A stretch of 50,641 bases of DNA from Clostridiales bacterium. GTDB lineage: Bacteria > Bacillota > Clostridia > Christensenellales > JAISNN01. This document shows positions 41,377-50,641 of this stretch, in pieces. Within the stretch, counting starts at the first letter, position 1. Each line of letters opens with the position of its first letter. Made by a program: the position numbers and the translations under genes. The DNA lies in the NCBI GenBank assembly GCA_031273825.1, contig JAISRB010000047.1, forward strand, positions 1-50,641. The letters run 5' to 3'. Below the pieces are notes generated by a model. That model was not told the origin of the DNA. It made no database searches and worked only from the letters and a program-made list of their open reading frames with translations.

Positions 41377-44300
41377 TCATCCTCCAAAAATAATAAGCCT
41401 ATCTCGGCATTGTTTTGTACTGCTCTTATTAGTTTTTGTCTTAATTCTTCCACTGGGCACTTTTTAATTATTTCAATTGCTTGAGGAGCAAAGGTCAAGC
41501 CGTATTCGTTATGAATAAAAGCACTTATATCAGGTCTTGGTTGCCAGTTCCTTGGATTTCCATATTTGCCGCTAAGCTCGGTCAAAAGTGATGATAAACT
41601 AATATTAAGTTTAGAATATTTCTTTGGTACTGTTTCTGCAATAAAACTTTTTTGACAATCCGCCACGCTAATTGGAAGTAGGTTCTTTGTTGTTTCAAGC
41701 AACTCGCGAAGTTTAGAAGCTGAAAATTTTTCTGGCACTTCAACTGCATCAATTATATCACCCGATTCAACAATATTCCCTAACGCAAAACGCGCAGGTA
41801 TTTTATTATCTTTTTCCCATTTTAAAGGTGTTGCGGTGTCTGTTAAACGTTCCCATTCACGCTTTATTTCACATACGATAGACTGTTGTGCTTGTGCGTC
41901 GATGTGTTTTTGTATTTCTGCCCAAAATTCCGCCTCTTTCTCGTAATAAAAACTGCCCATGTCGTTGAGTACGCTCAACAATCCTGGTTCATCAATTGTT
42001 TTTTTATCCAGTCGGGAATATAATATCTCTAATGTTTTAGCCCGTTTACTATCAAAAAACAACCCTTTTATTATGTTAGCATTTTGAAACAAGGCATATT
42101 TTATTTCTTCGGTAGCACTGTTGTCGAAAATACTGTCCAAAAAAATGCCTATTGTTGGCAGAGCCGAAACTATTAGTATTTTAGGAAGTTTATTGGTTTG
42201 CGTAATCGCATTACGCAAGTTGTCTATTGTCGATTTGTAAGTTATAAAACCATCCACTCCTAGAATTTTTTGTGCAATTTTAATTACCTCATATTCTTGA
42301 ATAGTGTCATCTATCTCTCGACTAATATCTGCCTTATTCCATAGAAACCCCGCCGTTTCGCTCGATTTTGCCAACAGTATCCTACAGTAGTCATGCGAAA
42401 CATCTCCAACCTCCTCGGCTAGTTTTTTCAAAGGTAAAGCTATTTTATCAACATATGCCCAAAAAGCATCTTGCGAGTTTTCCGGCTTTACATATTTGGC
42501 AACTAGTTGGACAAGTGAATCGTTTTTGCATATTTGCTTTCCGACTTCTTTAATGAAATTTGAACGTTCTTCAACATTGCCCTTTGCACTTGTGCTACCA
42601 GCGCGACAAATTTTATTTAGTACATCGCTAATCTGTATTGCAAATCCTTCTTCCCTATTCTGGACATATTCTGCAAACACCCATAAGGGAACGCGACCAA
42701 AATCTTTTTCAATACGACCCTGTATTCTCAATAAGGTTTTTTCTACTGTGTCATCCCCGCTTGGATTTGCGAAACCAAACATTAGTGAGGCTTTCTCAAT
42801 AAATACCTTTTCGTCATCTGAAAGTCGACAAATTAATTTTTCATGAAAACTTTTGCTTTGCAAATTGTCTTTTATTGCATTTTCAATGATCTCGGCTAAC
42901 TCAGTTTTGGTTAATGGATTTGTCATTTGAAGATTTGTCCACTGATAATTGCTTTCCAACAAATATCTTAGCGTAAAACCCAATGCAAACGCACTAAGCG
43001 CATTAAATTTCAATCCAAACGGCGCACGTTGAAGTTCTCTAAATACTTGTTTAATTGATAGATTAGCACCTTTTTCAACGGTACTTATTATTTTTTTATT
43101 AATTATTGCACGAATCTGCGCAAACGGATGCTCCGGATTTTGTCTGAACCAATCATTGCTCTCATTAATTCCTTGTTCCTTTAATGCTGCCACGACAGCA
43201 CCGTGTTGGGGTGTTTCCGGAATAAAATTAATCCCCGAAAGTGCCCATGATTTAAAACCCCTTGTGTCGAAAGCGGCAATTTGTGATACTATAAAATCGG
43301 GACAATATTTAAGGTTCTTACGGATATAGTTTTCAAGTAAACTTTTAATTAAACCCCACAAAACGCTATCATTGATAACTTTTCCGTCTTTGTAAGAATA
43401 TACTTTTATCAACGTGTCAGGATTTTTGATTCTCTCCAGCCATGATTTTTCTATTTGTTCAAGAGCAACTTTGCGGCGTTTTTTTGCTTCATCGCCGTTT
43501 TCAAGTACCCATTGCGCGTAATAATAAACATATTCGTCCCATTGTTCGGCATTGTTTTCACAAAATGATGTTTCTGGAAATGCGAACATTAGAATACGAT
43601 GATCATGCAATTGAGACAAAATTTTATCTATATTACCAGGTATATGTAATTGCTCGCTTTTATTCTTAGCGATTATGAACCACAGGCATGTAGCCCCGTT
43701 ATCTTTTTCTCGCCCATATCCGTAATTTTCTCTTGTTGCCGCAGGAAAATCACTTAGAGTCGCTTTGCCTATATCGGAAACACGAACATCAAATCTTCCT
43801 TGTGAAAAACTTGAAAATGTTTTTTTCAATTTTTCTTCTATTGTTTTTTTGCACGCATCCGAAAGCAACTCATCAAACTTGTTATTATATTCTTCCGCTT
43901 TTGTCCGTGCGTCCTGTCCTCCAACTGATGATGTAAATAATTCAATATTTTCGTTAATGATATTAAAACAGTGTTTTCTCTCAAGCTCTTTTAGTATGCC
44001 GGCAACATTGACTATCGCGCTATCGCCTTGAAAAGATAATACAATATTTTGAATTGTCGGCCGAAGGCGCTCATGTCCGTTGGGCTGCAGCCTTGAGAGC
44101 AGGCAAAACAATAACGCAGTCTTTAAGACGCGAATTTCCTCATCATCAGAATCTCTATTGCGAAACTCGCGATTTTTTATGCGCTCAAATTCATTCCGGA
44201 TGGATGTAATCTCCTTACTGATTCCCAAATCGTTGCGCTCAATAAAATACTTCCACAAATAATCTACGGTTAAAAACTGCTTGCCCGAGATAGTGGGACC

Positions 44301-45560
44301 ACCGGTCTTGATAAAATCTTGAAACTCGCGACCATTTGCGCTACCCTTAAGATACTCAAATATGCTACGTTGATTAGATTGAGCCGATTCGGCTAAAACT
44401 TTTAGCAAAAAAGCCGCCATCGGATGAATAGGTAAAATATTATAGAATGAGTCCTTGCTTATATCGTCATCACTAAAATTTACTTCAGTAATACCTCTGA
44501 CGTCACTCCACAATAAGTCTTTCTCTTTTTTCCACTCTTCTGCTATTTCAAAATTATCCGTTTGGGGAATTATTGCGGTTGCAGCAAGTTTAAATGCTGT
44601 ATCATTTGGCATTTGCAACTTGCAAAAATAGAACCTCTCATTGGCTTTAAGCGCACTATCTGAGCCTTCGGCCAAATAAGCATCAATATTCATGTGAGTT
44701 ACTGGCACTAAGAAAAATTTATTTGTCTGCGGGGCTTCAGTTACTTCTTCAAAAGTTTTTAAATCTCCGCGATTGCGATCAATAAAGTTAGCAAATTCGT
44801 CAAATACATAAACAATACGTTTCAACTTATTTGCTATTAAAATTGCGTTCACCCATTTACGAAAGGCCGGCACGCGAATGTCTAAATAAATGTTATCTCT
44901 GTGGAGTACCTTTTGCACTTCCATTAACAAATTATTTGGCGTACTCTTTATTTTTTCACTTTGCAATAAGCTAACAAGCTGATCAATGGTCTTTATTACC
45001 GGTTTTAATTCAGATAATTCACTCTGAATACTGTCGCGCATTTTGAAAAAATTTTGTCCTTCACGATGCAAGCGTTTAATAATTTCGTCTAAATTTGCTT
45101 TGGGCGGCACGATCATCTTCCTTGCTTTTAACTCGTCGACAATTCCTTTTTCTAAACGAACAAGAAAATCCGCATCCGAACCCATACCAGAAGCATTGTA
45201 ATCATATACTACTAGCGTTTCGTAGCGCCTGATATTAAGTTGCGTAAAAAGAGTGGAGTTGCAATCCAGAATTCTTTTATATTTTTCAAACCATTTTTTT
45301 ACACGCTCCTCATCGTCAGAAAATAATTTTTGCGTAACGAGAGCAGCGTGACTTTTTCCAGTACCAAGGTTTCCTGTAAGCCATATAGATTTATGCCCAC
45401 CGTTTATCGTCTCAAGAAGCGTTGAAAAAAATTCCACAAACTTTTCGTGGGGATAGAAATCCAGCCACGTGTCAACTGTTTCGTTTATGGTTTCACGAGT
45501 CATGTTGGGTCTATATCTCTCATTTATCTTAAAAAAATCAGAATAATGCCGTTTTTCCAT
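41373..45560 (-). CDS. brxC: BREX BrxC-like large P-loop ATPase
   Basis: Walker A GNLGTGKS, Walker B VYVFDEF, LPIHP and NQRSIF motifs; located between brxP and pglZ. Confidence 0.85.
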   Translation of the reverse strand: MEKRHYSDFFKINERYRPNMTRETINETVDTWLDFYPHEKFVEFFSTLLETINGGHKSIWLTGNLGTGKSHAALVTQKLFSDDEERVKKWFEKYKRILDCNSTLFTQLNIRRYETLVVYDYNASGMGSDADFLVRLEKGIVDELKARKMIVPPKANLDEIIKRLHREGQNFFKMRDSIQSELSELKPVIKTIDQLVSLLQSEKIKSTPNNLLMEVQKVLHRDNIYLDIRVPAFRKWVNAILIANKLKRIVYVFDEFANFIDRNRGDLKTFEEVTEAPQTNKFFLVPVTHMNIDAYLAEGSDSALKANERFYFCKLQMPNDTAFKLAATAIIPQTDNFEIAEEWKKEKDLLWSDVRGITEVNFSDDDISKDSFYNILPIHPMAAFLLKVLAESAQSNQRSIFEYLKGSANGREFQDFIKTGGPTISGKQFLTVDYLWKYFIERNDLGISKEITSIRNEFERIKNREFRNRDSDDEEIRVLKTALLFCLLSRLQPNGHERLRPTIQNIVLSFQGDSAIVNVAGILKELERKHCFNIINENIELFTSSVGGQDARTKAEEYNNKFDELLSDACKKTIEEKLKKTFSSFSQGRFDVRVSDIGKATLSDFPAATRENYGYGREKDNGATCLWFIIAKNKSEQLHIPGNIDKILSQLHDHRILMFAFPETSFCENNAEQWDEYVYYYAQWVLENGDEAKKRRKVALEQIEKSWLERIKNPDTLIKVYSYKDGKVINDSVLWGLIKSLLENYIRKNLKYCPDFIVSQIAAFDTRGFKSWALSGINFIPETPQHGAVVAALKEQGINESNDWFRQNPEHPFAQIRAIINKKIISTVEKGANLSIKQVFRELQRAPFGLKFNALSAFALGFTLRYLLESNYQWTNLQMTNPLTKTELAEIIENAIKDNLQSKSFHEKLICRLSDDEKVFIEKASLMFGFANPSGDDTVEKTLLRIQGRIEKDFGRVPLWVFAEYVQNREEGFAIQISDVLNKICRAGSTSAKGNVEERSNFIKEVGKQICKNDSLVQLVAKYVKPENSQDAFWAYVDKIALPLKKLAEEVGDVSHDYCRILLAKSSETAGFLWNKADISREIDDTIQEYEVIKIAQKILGVDGFITYKSTIDNLRNAITQTNKLPKILIVSALPTIGIFLDSIFDNSATEEIKYALFQNANIIKGLFFDSKRAKTLEILYSRLDKKTIDEPGLLSVLNDMGSFYYEKEAEFWAEIQKHIDAQAQQSIVCEIKREWERLTDTATPLKWEKDNKIPARFALGNIVESGDIIDAVEVPEKFSASKLRELLETTKNLLPISVADCQKSFIAETVPKKYSKLNISLSSLLTELSGKYGNPRNWQPRPDISAFIHNEYGLTFAPQAIEIIKKCPVEELRQKLIRAVQNNAEIGLLFLEDE

Positions 45561-45562
45561 GT

Positions 45563-47941
45563 TTATTTCTCCTCTATTGCAACAGCGATAACATCAATTA
45601 TTGAATATTTGTCGGGAAAGATTGTTAGCTCATCATTTCCATGTGTAAAGACCGTTTCTATCATCTTTGGAAATCGAGTTCTTAATCCTTCGCACTGTTG
45701 CTTGAAAGTTATAGGCGATAGTCCAAATGCCGCAATGGGGGATACATAGAACGAATCAATATCCGCAGTAATCAATTCTCTAATGGTAAAGCTACTTCGC
45801 CCTGTTTGCTCTGCAATTAGATACAATCCATATAATATTGTTAACGGGTCAACCGTTTTAGCTTTACGAGTTATACTTTCAACATTTTTACCTTTCATTT
45901 CGACGCAAGTAACAGCATTTTCTCCGCCAAGAGGTGATTTAGTCAGCATATCTTTTAAAGCTGCAAGACCGCCTTCAATGGTGGATTGCCCTAGGTTAGG
46001 GTTGCTCTCATTCAATAACAAATGTAGTCTTTCTACCGAATTTTCAATGTCCACTGTTGTTGCCGTAATGAACCATTTAACAAGAATTGAACGGTTGACT
46101 ATAGCCATCCAAATAAACTCCCATCCCAACGAATTAAATGTTCCTTTTTGCCTAAATAAATCAACAAGTTGCGTAGGCTTTTTGTCATGCTCATTAATCA
46201 AGCCCGCTTGAATAAACCAATTGCGTGCAGACTCAACCATTTTGTTCCCAAGCGGATGATTGACATGCCAAGGGAAAAATCTATCTCCTAATTCAACAAG
46301 TGCTGACACCCAAAGGTATTTGTCTTTTTCTCGAAGACCAAAATTTTTATAAGTATTTATACTTACCATTGCCGATTTGGATTTTTCAGGCAATCTCATA
46401 GACATATACCTCCAACATGAGTTATCAATATCGTAACATTTATGGCACTTGATGCATTTTTCAGCATCAATTTTTAGTTTTCCATTCTTAATTCCAATGG
46501 CGCCTGCTTTGCATTGCGCCTCACAGCTTCTGCAAGCAATGCATGCTGCCGCTTTTTTCATAAATGCAATTAATATCGACATCATTGCCACTCTTTCAGT
46601 GACGCTGCGAAAATCAAACGACACCTGCCCGCCACCGCCCTCAAGAGAGTTGTAAGAAAAGGGAATTCCGTCATCTAATGTATTTGGTAATTTTAGTCGC
46701 GTTTGTACACTTCCAGCTTCGAATACTACCTCTCCGATTGTTTTTATCCATTCAAAAAACAAATCTTTTGAAAAATATGGACTATGAAATGTTGCCGACA
46801 TGCCGTCATGTGTTATTGTAGGACTAGAAATCGTTTCTTTCAAAACTACTCCGCTTTTTCGCGCTTGCCAATTAAGACTTCCTACATAATCAATTTTATC
46901 TTGAACAGTTTTAAAGTTTTTGTTGCTTGTATTGATAACGACTTTATTGTACGGTGTCAAAAGACCAGGGTAAACACTCTCCACAAACCATTCATATTTT
47001 GCTGATGACTCCGGGCATAGCAAGCATCCAACACGCGTGAATCCTTTTTTGTACGCTTCATTGATTAATAAATTATTTGCAAAAACATACAACCACAACT
47101 CATGTGCGCCCCAATCAAGTAACGGCATACAATTAAATTGCGATGCATTTTTCACTTCATCGGCATTATCCTCATACATAGAGCGGCTATGACTTTCCTC
47201 GCCTCTTACACCAACAAATGCAGTTAATTTTACATAAGGTTTGCGTAGTTTTTCTTTCAAAAGAATAAGTGCAGGCGCACTTTTATGGACGGAACAACAC
47301 CATCTTATTGTCCTTGAAGGCGGACCGAAATCCTTCCAATTTTCAAGAGCCGGTGCTTTAGCCATAGCCTTATAAAACACTCTATCGGAATAACGTTCTT
47401 GGATTTCTTCCCAAACACTATAGGTGTCCGGTAGCTCCATGTCCGTATCGCTAAAAACAACAGGCGCAGATAACGGCAAAACCTTATGACATATATCAAG
47501 TAGCACTACCGAATCCTTGCCGCCTGAAAAAGCGATATATGCCAAATCGCTTTGCCCGATTCGGCTATCGAATAGTTCTTTTACTCGGCGTTTTGTATCG
47601 ATAATAAGAAGGCTCATAATATCGGCATTATTCTCTATCATTGCAGCAATATCAATTGACTCAAGCTTGCGCTTTCCTTTAAAATAGAATTCTGGCGATA
47701 ATGGTTTGCCATATTGCGTGTTATTAATTTGTGCGACTTTTTCACCATCCACAAAATACATATTTTTTTGCGCCCAAAGTAGAGGGCGTTTTTCGTTATG
47801 ATCGAACTCAAAACGCTTGTGCAAACCAGTAATCAACAATTCCTGTGCGAAAACAGGGCGCACTTCATTTGCAATAAACCGTGCCGATTGAGTTGTCAAC
47901 ACGTAACCGTGTGTTGTTTTATCCCAAACATATGAATACAT
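45563..47941 (-). CDS. brxP: BrxP: PAPS-reductase-family + 4Fe-4S ferredoxin + DUF4007-like domains
   Basis: FSGGKDS PP-loop, RWCCSVHK, GVRGEES, RVGCLLCP, CIACRSCEAQC/CIKCHKC, LGNKMVES..NWF..AGL. Confidence 0.9.
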   Translation of the reverse strand: MYSYVWDKTTHGYVLTTQSARFIANEVRPVFAQELLITGLHKRFEFDHNEKRPLLWAQKNMYFVDGEKVAQINNTQYGKPLSPEFYFKGKRKLESIDIAAMIENNADIMSLLIIDTKRRVKELFDSRIGQSDLAYIAFSGGKDSVVLLDICHKVLPLSAPVVFSDTDMELPDTYSVWEEIQERYSDRVFYKAMAKAPALENWKDFGPPSRTIRWCCSVHKSAPALILLKEKLRKPYVKLTAFVGVRGEESHSRSMYEDNADEVKNASQFNCMPLLDWGAHELWLYVFANNLLINEAYKKGFTRVGCLLCPESSAKYEWFVESVYPGLLTPYNKVVINTSNKNFKTVQDKIDYVGSLNWQARKSGVVLKETISSPTITHDGMSATFHSPYFSKDLFFEWIKTIGEVVFEAGSVQTRLKLPNTLDDGIPFSYNSLEGGGGQVSFDFRSVTERVAMMSILIAFMKKAAACIACRSCEAQCKAGAIGIKNGKLKIDAEKCIKCHKCYDIDNSCWRYMSMRLPEKSKSAMVSINTYKNFGLREKDKYLWVSALVELGDRFFPWHVNHPLGNKMVESARNWFIQAGLINEHDKKPTQLVDLFRQKGTFNSLGWEFIWMAIVNRSILVKWFITATTVDIENSVERLHLLLNESNPNLGQSTIEGGLAALKDMLTKSPLGGENAVTCVEMKGKNVESITRKAKTVDPLTILYGLYLIAEQTGRSSFTIRELITADIDSFYVSPIAAFGLSPITFKQQCEGLRTRFPKMIETVFTHGNDELTIFPDKYSIIDVIAVAIEEK

Positions 47942-47942
47942 A

Positions 47943-50192
47943 CTAACTTGATACCTCCGTATAAATTCCGCCCTTCCATTCGCGTTTAGAAGTATCTTTG
48001 TAATATAATACTATCAATTGTCTAAAAGTTTTGTTATCTGGAATACCATACTCTTTTTTAAAATTATTCCCCATTTCGGAGCTAAGTAAAGTATGCAAAA
48101 TATCTTCTGTCGGCACTAGTTCAAGATATGTAATGCGGTTAAGCACTCGAGAAAGAACCTCAGAAAAATCATTTGGTATGTTCAGCGCCGCCAATGTTAC
48201 ATAGCAAGGAATATTACCTATTTCGGTTCTAATAATATCGTTGGCGTAATCCTTAATAACACCTTCAATTAATTCAGACGAAAAAGCGTTTAGTTGTTCA
48301 CAGATATCCCATTCACTCGCATATCCACCGGATTTAGCGATTATTTCATATGTCTTTTTGATAACTTTGCTAAACACTTCATCTGATTTTACATTTTGTG
48401 ATCGAGCCAGTCTTTTGCCGCTCTTTCCTAAAAAGCGAACCTTTTCTCTATTAATAAAATCATAAAACGATTCAAAGTCATCAACGTTTCTGATAATTTT
48501 TTTATTTAAACAACTCTCAAACAAAGTTAATAATACTTGAAGTTCAAAGGCATCGTATTCGGCAAGAAAATTATCCGCCTTACTTACAATTTTTTCTCTT
48601 GTTTGGGGCGTAGCTATTGAATCAAGCAAAAAATATAAATCATCCTTGCGGCGATATAATACACTTTTCATGGTTTTTTGCATAGCAGAATCAATTGTAA
48701 TTCCAGATTTGTCTATGAGCAACCTGATAGCTGTAGCATCGAATTTAAATCCGTTATAGTAATTCTGTTTTAGTGCTTCGGTTATCGACTCTGGCAAGGA
48801 TAATTGAGCATTATTAGAATCATTTTCTTTTGTTTGTGGCTCTAATTTTTTTTGGAACATTATCTCAATGTCGGACAAATTTTCGCCGCAGAAAGCAAGC
48901 ACTCGCTTGCATTTTGCCATGATTTGCTTCGTGCTACATTGAGTTTCTATAAACAGTCCATTGGTTAGCTTGCAAGGACTATATAATCCTTCCTGACTAT
49001 TTTTTTGTCCGATAACATTCGCCTTCGGGTAATTTTTGTTAGCATACTCGTATATATATCTTAAAACATCTTTCCATGATTTGACCAAAACTTCTCCGCT
49101 TAGTTTCGTTTTAATTACTGTGGGTTTCGTGTCGGTAAAATCATTTTCTCCATTCCATTTCCATACACTTTCCACTGTGTCGGCATTGTCGGCAACTTGC
49201 CTTTTCTGCACGTTATTTAGATTATCTTTGCTTAAAAATAAATAAAATTCTTTAATCGATTCGATGTATGCGTTGTGCATAACCTTATTTGATGCAATAA
49301 AGTTTCCATTGCCCTTGATTAAGCTATAAAAATATTGCAGTCCCAATATCGCATTTGCCTGATTCTTTGCCGCTGCCCAATCTTTTGAGAAGTTTTTAAC
49401 GATGAAATTCATCGCGTCACGATAACTTCTTGCCGTAGCCTCAGCTTTACCTTGCTGAATTATCCAAGTCTGGAAATTAATCGCTATTCTGTCATTCCAA
49501 TCAAGCAAAACAGCATTTTCTGTTTTGGATGCTTTTTCGTTTAAAGAGGATTCAAAATCCGAAAGGGCAAACTTGTTTTTACCGTCAACAATTACTACCT
49601 TAAACTTTTTATTAGAGTGTTTATCGTCACATTCGATAAGGCAATTACTCTTAATCGTATTATAAACAACACTTAATGGCTGAACCGCGCCAAACTGATA
49701 AAGTCCCTTATCAATAATTTCATGGTATATTTCTCGCGTGAAAAGAGGTTGCTTATTTTTAAGCACTTCCACGATTGCATCCGCTATCGTTCTTTTTTTA
49801 GGTAACGTTTGAATCATCGTGCTTTTCTTTGCAGTATTTTCGCTCATATCTGATAATTCTGGCAATTTTAACAAATCCTCACCAAGACCCAACTTGGATA
49901 AACGTTCGCCCTGCTCTTTTAAAAAACGAAAGTATAGCTTTCCGCATTTTTTAAAAACAGTATACGTTTTACCACCAAGATGATGGCGAAAAATGTTGTC
50001 GCTTAAAAGTCTTGAACAAATTTTATTAAACGCGAAATGATCGGTTATTTCAAAAAAATAAACTTTGGCTATTTTTTTTGACAAAGCATATTCCGATACT
50101 TCCTCTAAATTTGCAATGCAAGCGGCAGGACTATACTTTTTCGTATTCCCCACATTAAGCCATGTCAAAAATTGAAGCTTTGTATCTGTCAT
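47943..50192 (-). CDS. Multidomain putative DNA-binding protein (HARE-HTH-like, SeqA-like and repeated helical modules); first gene of the BREX-4 operon
   Basis: TIADAIVEVLK...TREIY.EI...GLY.F....P...V (HARE-HTH pattern); FTDTKP...GE..VKSWKDVL...LTNGLFIET pattern; 1-nt gap to brxP. Confidence 0.7.
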   Translation of the reverse strand: MTDTKLQFLTWLNVGNTKKYSPAACIANLEEVSEYALSKKIAKVYFFEITDHFAFNKICSRLLSDNIFRHHLGGKTYTVFKKCGKLYFRFLKEQGERLSKLGLGEDLLKLPELSDMSENTAKKSTMIQTLPKKRTIADAIVEVLKNKQPLFTREIYHEIIDKGLYQFGAVQPLSVVYNTIKSNCLIECDDKHSNKKFKVVIVDGKNKFALSDFESSLNEKASKTENAVLLDWNDRIAINFQTWIIQQGKAEATARSYRDAMNFIVKNFSKDWAAAKNQANAILGLQYFYSLIKGNGNFIASNKVMHNAYIESIKEFYLFLSKDNLNNVQKRQVADNADTVESVWKWNGENDFTDTKPTVIKTKLSGEVLVKSWKDVLRYIYEYANKNYPKANVIGQKNSQEGLYSPCKLTNGLFIETQCSTKQIMAKCKRVLAFCGENLSDIEIMFQKKLEPQTKENDSNNAQLSLPESITEALKQNYYNGFKFDATAIRLLIDKSGITIDSAMQKTMKSVLYRRKDDLYFLLDSIATPQTREKIVSKADNFLAEYDAFELQVLLTLFESCLNKKIIRNVDDFESFYDFINREKVRFLGKSGKRLARSQNVKSDEVFSKVIKKTYEIIAKSGGYASEWDICEQLNAFSSELIEGVIKDYANDIIRTEIGNIPCYVTLAALNIPNDFSEVLSRVLNRITYLELVPTEDILHTLLSSEMGNNFKKEYGIPDNKTFRQLIVLYYKDTSKREWKGGIYTEVSS

Positions 50193-50208
50193 TTGTTGTT
50201 TCTTTCCT

Positions 50209-50399
50209 CTATCTGTTTACGTTGTCGTGGTTTTGCTCTTTTACCAAATAGTCTACTTCATGGATATAAAACGCCATTTTTTGCCTGCCAGATGTCCCGG
50301 GAAGCCTTTATTTTTTATGACCCTTGTGAGCGTATCGCGTCTAACGTCAAGATGCTCGGCGATTTCGTCCATTGTATGTCATTTTATTGCTTTGCCCAT
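50209..50399 (-). pseudogene. Excisionase-like HTH_17 regulator remnant
   Basis: MGKAIK*HTMDEIAEHLDVRRDTLTRVIKNKGFPGHLAGKKWRF, then a frameshift into IHEVDYLVK; TGA at codon 7. Confidence 0.72.
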
Positions 50400-50431
50400 T
50401 TCAAAGTCATCCTATTAGAGTATGATAATTA

Positions 50432-50461
50432 ATTATACACTATTGCGACGGTTTTTGTCAA
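50432..50461 (-). promoter_or_regulatory. SigA-type promoter of the BREX-4 operon
   Basis: TTGACA-N18-TATAAT on minus strand. Confidence 0.7.
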
Positions 50462-50499
50462 ATGAATGTTTTATAAATTATTTTATTTTGCGGGGTATA

Positions 50500-50641
50500 T
50501 AGATTGTAAATTAAATTGTCGTACCTTTTCAAATAATCTTATAGTTCATTTTATTAGGTTATTTTCTCATACAGGTCGTTAGGCGAGTATCCGTCTAACA
50601 GCTTGCGGGGGTAGTTGTTCATATAGCGTTCTATTCGCGCT
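50500..50641 (-). mobile_element. IS30-family element end: transposase C-terminus (50554-50640) and probable terminal IR near 50503-50525
   Basis: ARIERYMNNYPRKLLDGYSPNDLYEKIT* matches the IS30 N..PRK.L...P C-terminal motif; ...AATTTAATTTACAAT IS30-like end. Confidence 0.75.

Noticed and set aside
45563-47941. Annotation as sulfate-assimilation cysH or as Dnd-system dndC
   Set aside because: Fusion to ferredoxin/DUF4007 domains and the brxC-pglZ-brxL context indicate BrxP; no dndB/D/E present
50400-50553. Right att site of the outer island
   Set aside because: No inverted copy of the 20880-20920 junction and no LRR sequence found; the end probably lies beyond the window

Overview
The window has two parts. 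Bases 1-20.55 kb are GC-richer core genome of a spore-forming Clostridia-type Firmicute: glgP'/glgA/glgD, dnaB, sigG, a GH2 beta-galactosidase, rpoD, dnaG, a cobalamin-riboswitch-controlled ECF uptake pair and fprA. From about 20.88 kb to the window end lies a more AT-rich composite mobile defence island inserted into a BspA-type LRR gene. Its outer element carries a large serine recombinase, an oriT-like hairpin region with an RHH-like gene, an AlbA_2/Schlafen-type gene, and a complete type 4 BREX operon (brxP-brxC-pglZ-brxL). That operon is extended by a 749-aa multi-DNA-binding-domain gene and a 69-aa Zn-finger gene. Nested inside is a second element of about 12 kb (23549-35523), bounded by 26-bp terminal inverted repeats and a TAA direct repeat. 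It appears to have integrated into the outer element's oriT-like site. It carries its own serine recombinase, a MobL-type relaxase and a type III R-M operon. That operon includes a HEPN-motif gene, a membrane gene and a mod gene whose Shine-Dalgarno-supported start is out of frame by 1 nt. An IS30 end closes the window. Family assignments come from motif recognition by eye, not database searches.
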